A DNA stretch of 63,803 bases, filler included, from Intoshia linei (taxonomy: Eukaryota; Animalia; Orthonectida): NCBI GenBank assembly GCA_001642005.1. It is 3 parts of 3 records of this genome, joined end to end, with 100 filler letters (N's around TTAATTAATTAA, not from the genome) between each part and the next. Parts side by side here need not be neighbours in the genome. Positions count along the whole stretch, not along the records: positions 28,233 to 53,879 come from LWCA01000494.1; 2 more parts are not named here. One strand, given 5' to 3'. The notes below the pieces were generated by a model. That model saw only the letters and a program-made list of their open reading frames with translations. It made no database searches and had not been told where the DNA came from. Below are positions 39,025 to 49,429 of this stretch, in pieces (positions within the stretch are counted from its first letter, which is position 1; every line of letters begins with the position of its first letter). Both the position numbers and the translations under genes were made by a program.

Positions 39025-41527
39025 TTAAAAGTTAATTTCAGAGTTAAATTCTTCTCCATATTTTTCTATAAGATTAATAAACATGTCTATGCTTTCCAGT
39101 GAAGCTAGAGTGTGGGAAATAACAAATCGGAAAAAGTTGACATGAGTATACAAGGGTTGATAACCAACCATACAAGTACCGTTAGTCATCATTTTCCTCT
39201 TAACATATGGTGCTACTTTTGATAAAATATCTTTATATTGTTCACTATTTTGATCCATTTCGCAAAGTTTTTCAGGGATATACCAAAAACAAACATTGAC
39301 ATATTGAGGCTACATTAAACTTAATTTATATATTAATTTTAATTTTACTTTAGGTATAAGAATTTTAAAATGTGATTTTTTCCCAAGTTCGTTTGTGAGA
39401 TATTCGGCTAGACTCAATATGTAATCAACTCTTTTTTCGAGACCCAAGTCGCCTTCTCGTTTCCACATTAACCATAATTTGAAACCGTCTACAACTCGTC
39501 CGCATTGGATTGAACTGTCACCCGTATCATAAGAAACATCATAACATTTGTCTGTCTGAAATAGATATGTGGCTGAAGCACTGTGGGTTCTTTTTAAAAG
39601 TGTCTAAAGTATCATAATTTATAAAAATTAATATATTTATCAAACCTTGTGACACGTAAAAAATGCACAACATTGAAATGCAGCGCCAAGTATTTTATGG
39701 CAATTCCATGCTACAGAATCGGATCTATACATTAAATTTTAAATAAAATATTATTACAATTCAATTCCATCTAATAAATGTTTGTATTTGGTACTTAAAA
39801 GCGCACAACCACCGTGACACGCGTCAACATGAAGCCACATGTTATATTGTTTACAAACTTGACTCATTTCTCTAATTGGGTCGAATGCACCAGTTACAGT
39901 TGTTCCTGCAACTGCTATCACTATAGCAGGTTCATAACCCTAAAAAACGAATTTATTTTAATATCATTTAATATTACATCTTCTTGGGCTTTTTTGATTT
40001 TCAATTTAAAATCATCCATTATTATAATTCCATTTTCGCCGCAGCGAATTTTGTACATTGCATTTAACCCAAAACCTAGAAATGATGCGCCTTTACTGAA
40101 TGAATAGTGAGCCTAAATTTTAAAGTAATAATATGAGTTTATTGTACTTTGCAAATAATAAAAATAATACATTTAAACTTGAAATGTTTGCTAACAATTT
40201 TTCAAAATAAATCAAAAAAATGTTTTCATGCCTTGGTCCCCCTGTCAATAAAATAAAAAATTGTGCTTGTATTTTGTCAATCAAATTTAAAGTGTCAAAT
40301 CGACACCCATGGAGAGGTGACTTGGAGCTATATGACATTACGAATGCTCAGTAAAATTTTTAGTCCCCATTTTTTATTTTCGGGGGGTTTACAAGCCTCG
40401 CAGGATCAGCTCTATTAGAGTGTAAATTAAATCTTATATAACAGTAGTTTAAGTTTATAATTTTACTAAAATTTAACCTGTTCTGAAAGAAAAATGGCAA
40501 TTTTAGGAATATTATTCATCCCGACTGTTTTTACATTTGGATATTTATATGATCGAGCCAAATTTAAAGCGTACATATTAGAAATACTTCCTCCTATTAC
40601 AGAAAATGTATGTATCTATTTGATCATTTTATATTCATGGGTAAAATTGATGAACCGATAAATATGAAATGATGTAATTAAAGTTGTAATCTAAGCTTTA
40701 TTTTTAATATCAAAATTTAATACCCATGTAATGCATTTTAAAATTATATAATTGCACGTACATATTACCAAGTAAATTGTATTTTTAATTAAACAGATAA
40801 AATCAATACATATGCCTAGCCGTCTAGGCTATGCCTAAAAAAGGACAAAAACTTTATCAGATTAGCTCAAAAATAAGAAAAATGAGCTCAAAATCAAGGA
40901 AATAGAATAAGTAAAAAATAATGACCCTTTCAAATGTAGGGTCCTTTAGATTTAATTCAATTTCATGAGTTACATATTGAATATTTAAGGTAAATTAAAT
41001 AAACCAGGACAAAAAATGGCATCGCAGTCATTGTATCCAATTTTGAGAGACATGTGTTTAAGAATACTATTTTCGATCAGAGTAAAAACGGGTGCTACCT
41101 CGAAAGTGTATCTAAAATATAATAAACGTGAAATTAGTTACAATAGTAAAACTAAAAATTTACTGACTAGTGTTGAGTGCGGAAGTTAACCAGGTTCCAA
41201 TCAACGAAACATTATCTATTTTACCGAAAAGTTGATTGAGAAAAAGAGGGTGACCTAATTTAATAAACAACCAAAATAAAGAAAACTTTTACCGGTATTA
41301 ACAGAATTCTGAATAACTGTATCACAAATACTCAATAAGGTATCATAATCTTGACCTTCCTTATCCAACTGTAAATTCAGCTGTTCTTTTAAAGAGTCGG
41401 GTTGTTGGAATTTTGATAAACGTCGTTTACTCTTGGGTTCAGTGATATACTTGACAAGTTTGTTGTATACGCAATTGATAAATTCTTTTTCGTTGGTATT
41501 ATCTTTCATCTGGCTCGAAGAATTCAT
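39025..41527 (-). CDS. CSAD: Group II PLP-dependent acidic amino-acid decarboxylase, CSAD/GADL1 type
   Basis: [71 protein letters not shown] (PLP Lys), [26 protein letters not shown]. Confidence 0.88.
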
Positions 41528-43207
41528 AGTAAGATTGCTAAATTGAAATTAAATGAAATGATATATTTCTTAAATATTTCGTTAATATTTTATAATGAAA
41601 CTGAGTTGAATAACTTTTCGTCTATTGCAATTAGGCTAAGAGATACAAATATTAAGGGAGGTACTATTTATATCACTCATACATTATGCTAATAAAACTT
41701 TTTTGGTTCATTTAACGTTAACAATTGCATTATATTTAAACAATTAAGCCTAAATTAAATGGAGTATTGTCCGAAAATTTAAATTGATTTAGAAAGTACT
41801 CAGGATCCAAAACACCAATATAATTGTCAAATTTCTCCTTCACTTAAATACATTGATACTACTATTATTTTGATTTATATTTAGACGTTGTAAGTCAGGT
41901 ATAATAATATATAAATGAATACTTGACGATAAATAGTTTTTGTTTCTTCAATGTTAAATGTTATATACACATACAGAGGACAAAATACTTACATTAATAA
42001 ATATTTATTGAATTTGAAAATTTTAGCGGACATTAAAATAAAATAAATTATTTAATGTTTATATCGGTTTTTATACATATTATATTAATTGTTGAATCAA
42101 TACATTCATTTATAAATTTAGCAATCTTAAATAATTACTTTTAATGTTTAACCTTGATTGTTACATTTATTGAACGTTTACGTTCGAAAATAAACATTTT
42201 GACATGTTTACTATTATTACTACATATAATTAATGTTGTGTAGAATTTTAATCCAATCTGTATTACATCCTTGGGTTGTACAATATACACTGTTTAAATT
42301 CAATTTAAATCTACTCGTTTATCAAAAACGAAAAAAAACAAAAAAGTTGACATGCTAATGTACAAGTTATGAAAATTTTAAAAAATTTCAAACTTAGTCA
42401 AATATATTAAGTAATGTGTTTTTTTTTAATTACTCGATTTATGCACATGTCATTGTACAAATATTATAACAAACTGAGTTAATATGAAAACATACTAATA
42501 ACTTTCCTATATACATATTGATATAATTACTATTTAATTTAATACACTAAAATAAAAGTTTTTTTTATAACGGAAAAATTAAACATATAAAACGTCCAAA
42601 ATCTATTTTTAAATCCATTAATAACTCATTACCAATGGTTATGATGATCCATACATGCATGGCGTACATATTGATTATACACATATTATTAAGTAGTCAA
42701 TTCAAATTAAAATTAAAGGTGTAGTTGAATATACTCGAAATTTTACCTTATTTATATTATTGTTAGGAATTCAGTATTGTCAAATATTATAATTTTAAAT
42801 GTATATAAAATGTTTATCATAGCTACGTTGTATATGTATATTATTATATCATGTTGAGTAATAATATATTTGTAACACTTTAAAATGCATATTGTATTAA
42901 TTCTATTGAAATGCATGGAAGCATTAACCTCTCAAACATTACAGTTATTGACTAGTGTAATGTATGTGATAACTATTTTTTTATCAATCGGATCAATTTG
43001 AAATTAGAATATATGTTGCAATATGAATCAAATTATGTTTACAGTCCAGATTGAAATTGCAAAATATAATTTAACAGTTGCATAAATTTGAATAAAAATT
43101 GCATCAAGCGTGCATAAGGTGTCATCAAATGTCAAAAATGTAACAAGTGATTCTGACAGATTGAGAACGACTCCAATCCATGGAGTCGATTCGAATCGAC
43201 TGATCAA

Positions 43208-43650
43208 TCCTAACTTGTATAATATGCTACGCGATTTTTGTTTGTGTGTGTGTTTCCAATTTTATTTGAATATTTACCCGTCTTAGAATTTTATAAAGTC
43301 CACATTTCAATTACAATTTTTTCCGGGGGTGTTCACAAACTTAATTCCAACCTCCCAATTTCACATCTAAGGGTCAAAAACCCCTGTTGTCCCTCTTTTT
43401 GAAAATCAAACGAGTTAAAGAAAATTTAAAAAAATACATAAGCCGATGTGGATTTTAAAATCATAAACATTATCATAAATTTAAATTTAAAAAAATTATA
43501 TCTTCAAAGCCAAAACCACAAATTTCCTTCCTTTTTTTTTGAAAACAGCCCTAAAATTTTAAAAAATATACAGGTGGTAGAGTTGTATCATGTTAACACA
43601 CATAAAAAATTTCAATCCGAATTTCACGGTCAAGAGATAGTGACCAGATA
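43208..43650 (+). mobile_element. Helitron 5' half
   Basis: A|TCCTAACTTGTATAATATGCTACGCG start, near-identical to 30774 and 55950. Confidence 0.75.
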
Positions 43651-45305
43651 ATGTTAAGAAGTATATTATGTTATACTATAATAAACATTAATAATTTTCA
43701 ACATCACACAATGAGATTTACATCGTTTGTTTCATTTGCAGTTCCTTGTTATTCATATTTATTATTACACGCATAAATAGTCCCTATTTTAAGCTTTATT
43801 CATATTAATTAATTATGTAAAGCGACCGACACCATCATGATCGGGGCCTATGCGAATATTAAAATTAAGGTGTATTAAATATTGTATTGATTTAATTTAA
43901 GGCCTACGAAAGGAAGGTTTGGGGTACGGTAGATTCAGTTGGTATTAACCATAGAAACAAACAAAAATTTTAAGGTCAGATAAAGTCAGTAAATTTAATT
44001 TTTAGGTCAGTTAGCAACTAACAAGCAATGCAATAATCATACAATCCTGTAGAATCTACAGGATTTTTTTATATCTAAAATATTACTTAATTCCATTGAT
44101 CAATTCATGTATTATAAAAAATTTTTCGAAAGAGATTAAAATAATATTATTACATTACATATTTTTAATAATTTGAAATCTTTTGAACCTTAAAAAAATT
44201 ATTTCTAATAATTAAAAATATAAAATTAATGCGAAATTTGCCCCTTTAACACTGTAGTGAATAACCACGTATCAATAAATTCACTACTCATCTTATATTA
44301 CCTAGACAAGCCGAACAACATAAACGATAATTAATAATCTTACATGTATTAACTTATATTTAATTTCTTAAATAATGATTTACACATCGACAAATATTAT
44401 TATTACAAAGACCAGGAACGTTTTTTCTTATTTTTACCTGAAACCAGATTTTGACCCAAGCATAGCTAGTGCACTATAAGTACAAAAATCGAATATAATG
44501 TTTCAATTTAAATTTCCTTCAATAAAAAAGTCATCAATTTTTTTATAAATATCCATTTTTTGTATTTGTAAGGAGTTGACTACAAAATAAGAATTCTTCC
44601 TTAATTTCATTCAAATGAATATTCAAATGAATATTCAAATGTACCTCACAAAAAATAAAACTAAATAATCACATAATATATAAAAATTTGCGACTCCCCT
44701 GATAAATTTCGTAACCACCGATTAAGAAACTATGATGTATAAACTGTTTAAGATAGATGTATGTAAGTTATCTTAATATATATTATATACTCTAAAATAT
44801 ATCAATAAAAGTACAAGTACAAGAAAAATATACATTAGAGTCCAATAAATTATATAATTTTCATTATCAATTTTCATAAATTCTATGATTTATACTTGTT
44901 TCCGTTTTTTTATAATATTAATAAATACAAACACAACTTTTGCCAGTTAGTTAATCGATTCAAATCAAAGTTGTAAGTATAATCATCATCAAATGTTCTT
45001 AAAACCTTTATAATTGATTACTCCTAACTTAAGTTAAACTACAGTAAATAAATTATCGATATTTTTTTAAATGCTAGTAAAAATAAATTAAAAAGGATGC
45101 CTTTTTTGTTATAAGTTAAGATAAAATTTCAAATTTTTAATATTAACTCTAGAGACACTGTTTGTTTTGACATAAATTTGAAATCAAATAAGATAATAAA
45201 ATTTGCATTTTAGTTACTTTTTATAGTTTGGAAATAAATGACAATTAAACCACTCTAACTAAAAGTAATAAAGTTGATTTGAACAAAACTAAATTTAATT
45301 TTGCG

Positions 45306-48300
45306 ATGACTGACAGATCAAATGCTAGTGTTAATAAAAAGTACTCGAAGACGTCATACGATCTATTCCAAATCAAGGGTATATGTATTCTAATATGATA
45401 CAACTTTAAATATAGCTGGAAGAATGTATTTGAAGGAAAAAAAAGTTGTGCCGGATAAACGACTTGGATATTTTTCAGTTCACATTACTGATGACAATTT
45501 GACACATTTTTGTTGGCGAACAAGAGACTCTGAAGATTTTGAAGATGTACATTTGTCTATTAATTTAATTTGAACAGACATTTTAGGACTGGATTGTTTT
45601 TAAAGATAATATTGATTTCGAACAAGTAGATAGATGTACAACTGGCAACGTGTTTCTTTTAAGATTCAGAACTAGCAAGGAATGTCATTTTATTTGGATT
45701 CAGGAGACTAAAACTTTGATACTTGACCATTTTACAGCTTTCATGAACATGGTTGTTTCGAAATTAGGGGAAGGTAAGGTGAACATTTTTTATATTTAAA
45801 CTTTGTAGATGGCGCCAGCACGTTTATAACCTCTCAGGAATATTTAGACGTCGTCCTGTATATCAAAAATATATTTTTATATTTTGTAGTTTTAGTAATG
45901 CAAAAATGGAAAAAAATAAGCTTCCTTCGTTGGGTAAGTTTTAATGTGAAACATTTTGGCTGCTAAATGTGGCAAGTTTTATTATTATATAATCTTACTA
46001 ATTTAGACTGTTTGTATACCGGTGACATTATTCCTATAGCAGGAGACAAACATCTCCATAATGTTTTTACAACAACATTTTTAAATGAGGAGATTAAACA
46101 TTTGAAATTGGATGAAACAATTTTCTCACCTCTTTTGCCTGATTCAAGATTAGATGAACAAAAAAATTTTCCCATCGACGTCAAAAATGAACTAAAGGAA
46201 ACTTTTAAATCGCCACATTTTCTAAAAGTTTTTATATACAACTACAATTTAACCAGTGTTTTTCAGTCTAATCGAAATTGCCCATAATAACAAAATGCGG
46301 TTGGAAAACACTTAATTAAACCATTAGTATTATGGGATCCATATATAACAAAGTGTAGTTTTAAATTTATATTGATTTATTAATTAATGCATCGGTGGTA
46401 CCGGTGAACAAATTTCAAGTTTTTTTTTTTATATTTTAATTATAACTTGAATTTTCCATAATGAATTTAGTGTGACGTAAAAAATTGTTACCACTGACAA
46501 ATAGTTAATTAGTAGCGTATAGTTTTGGTTTAATTCATTTTTTTGTGTGTTTATTTCTTTTATTTACATAAATCTTAATATTAATATTTTTAGACCGTTG
46601 CAATTTTGTCAAATTTTATCAAAAATGGAAATTCTTCCAATCTTTTCCAACAATTTGAGTTTAATAGCGCTTGTTTGTCGACATCACTCACTGGAAGTTA
46701 GTTTATATATTAAAAACATCTAACCTCATAAGAAAAGAGAGTCATTTTTAACGTAGAGAGGAAAAAAGGGTAGATTTTGCCTACCGCTGTGGAGTAACCT
46801 CATAAGATTATTCTCTTTAAACCAGTTTTTAGTTTGTTTTGGCTGACAGCACACTAACATTCATTTTCTTAAAATAATAAAATTGAACGTGTCTGTTACG
46901 TTTAATTAAAAAATTATAGAGCCTAGAATGTAAACAAACCTAATTTCTAATACTGTTTTTCGAAAGTGTTTCAAATTCTTGCTCAAAACTTTATTGTTTT
47001 CCGTTCAAAAATCTTGAAAAAAAAACAAAAATCCGCCCTGGCGTAACAATTGTACCCTAAAATATTTTAATTTGTGTATTAACTGTTAAAAATTCAAAAT
47101 TTACAAAAAATACCCATCGTTTACGTTTTATGTATATAATGATCATGTATCATTAATCTATCGTTAAATTATCGCACATAAAGTTGTTCATTAGGGTGTC
47201 ACATCAAATATTTTTATTTTAATTTAAAAACATACCCAGTAGATTAGATGTAATTTAAAAAAAATGACAATCCGATGACTGATTCTGAAAAATATTCATT
47301 AATGACTCAGCGTTGATCAATTAAGTAATTAACAAAGAATAACTAAATTTAAGTTTATTTTCATGTTTTTTTTAATTTTTTTTTACAAAAAGTGAAATTC
47401 CTGCTTTGTTTGGTGAGAAAAATTAAAAATGTTTGTATATTTTAATAAAACGCGCTTAGCTGCATCATTTGCAATTTACTTTATTTTATAATAACGAAAA
47501 TATTTTTTTTATAATTATAATTATTATGATCATTTTGTTTTGGCGTTTAAACTGTGGGATAAATAAATGTAGACATTTTTTCTAACTTTTTGAAAATGTT
47601 AATCTAAATTTAGGAGACCTTTAGATAGTCATAATACAACAAAAATTTTATGTATCTTCAATGCACCAATAAAATAAATGATTATATAAATTCTAATCTA
47701 AAATATATTATTCAAAGTATTTTGTTAAAATTTATTTAAAACCGTGACTATATTTTTAATTTTGTATTATATTAAGGACAAATTTAATTCTCGTTTATAT
47801 TTTTAAGTAAAATTATGTGTAAATTAGTGCAAAACGTTAAGGCGTATGAATATTATTAATCTGCATAAATTGTCGTATTTAAGCATACTCAATAGTAAAT
47901 TTCATCATATTAATAGATTATACGAGATAAATTATAAATTTGTATGTAAGTTTAGTTTTGACAATATACCATTTTCGATTTTATTTACCGTTGCATCATT
48001 ATGTGGCATTATCATTATGGATTTGTACATTAAAACACAGTACATTTTGTACATTGAAAATTATCATAGGAAATGTTTTCAAAATTACATTTGGCACTTC
48101 TGATAAACTAAATATTATGGGAATAGATATTATCACGATATTTCGAAAATAAAGAATTAACCAATGAAGTATAAAATTGTAACCGATTCAGCCGAAAGAG
48201 CCTTACAAAAATATAAACGATCATTAAATTTGTACACAAAATAAGAAGAAATTCAAAATACAGTGATGATTTCTAATACATTTTCATATAAATGCTTGGA

Positions 48301-49354
48301 TTATGACAACTTTAAGTCTCTTATAAAACTAGACTAAAATTTTTGAAATGATAGACAAATTTCTACATTTAACCCACCACAAACACCAAAACAAAATGAT
48401 AAATATAGCTATAATTTGAAAATTTTTTTTTTCATATTATAGAATAACGTCAATGGTGCATGACGCAGCTTAACATTATTTATTAAAATATACAAACATT
48501 ATTAAATTTTTAACACAAACAAAGCATGAATTTAAGTTTTTGTAAAGAAAAACATGACAATAAACTTAAATTTAGCTGTTTTTTGTTAATTACTTAATTG
48601 ATCAACGCTGAGTCATTAATGTGTATTTTTCAGAATTAGTCATCGCATTGTCATTTTTTTTCAAATTACATCTAATCTACTGGGTATATTTTTGAATTTG
48701 ATATGACACCCTATTGTTCATGATCGAAAGAAACTTGCCGAAAATATCGATTTTGATGCACTTGAATGTTTAACATTGAAATATTTAGTAGAATGAAAAC
48801 TAGAAAAAAATATTAAATTCTGGGAACGTTTTTAAAATCATGACCATTATCATAAACCGCAACCTTAAAAACTTGCATCTTCACACTCAAAACCACAAAT
48901 TACCATCTTTTTTTTTTTTTTTAATAAAAAAAATCTTAGAATTTAAAAAAAACAAATTTTTGGACCGCTTTTAAAACCATGAGCATTATCATAAATAAAA
49001 ACCTCAAAAACTTGCATCTTTACTATCAAAACCAAAAATTAGCCCTTTTTTATAAAAAATGAAAAAAATCTCAAAATTTAAAAATATTTTACTGAAAAAT
49101 TTTATTTGAATGTTATACGTCAATTTTTTGCAATTTAATATTTATAATATCGAAATTATTTAAAAAATGTGAATTTTTGTGGTGATAATGTATTAAGTCA
49201 CAAAGTTTTTTCAATTGAATCTATATGTGTAAATTAAAGTAATTTTTATATTTCAGATTTCGAGCAAATAACAAAATCTATTAAAACGGACAAAGTTGTA
49301 AAATGCCAAATTTCATTTCCAAAAAATTCAGAATCATCCTCATCTGAAGAATAA
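45306..49354 (+). CDS. ADRM1: Proteasomal ubiquitin receptor Rpn13
   Basis: Pru domain: FQIKAGRMYLKEKKVVPDKRLGYFSVHITDDNLTHFCWR...EDDWIVF...CTTGNVFLLRFRTSKECHFIWIQE. C-terminal DEUBAD-like part: LLP...FKSPHF...ILSNFIKNGNSSNLFQQF. Last exon about 49257-49354. Confidence 0.9.
47192..48713. mobile_element. Non-autonomous hATm element in an ADRM1 intron
   Basis: TAGGGTGTC...GACACCCTA ends, about 200-bp imperfect TIRs, perfect 8-bp TSD TTGTTCAT (47184-47191 and 48714-48721). Internal remnant IKIVTDSAERAL. Confidence 0.92.
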
Positions 49355-49429
49355 AATGTGTTTTTATACATTTAAATAAATATATATTAACTATGTTACT
49401 ACAAATAAACTTATTTATTGATTTAAACT

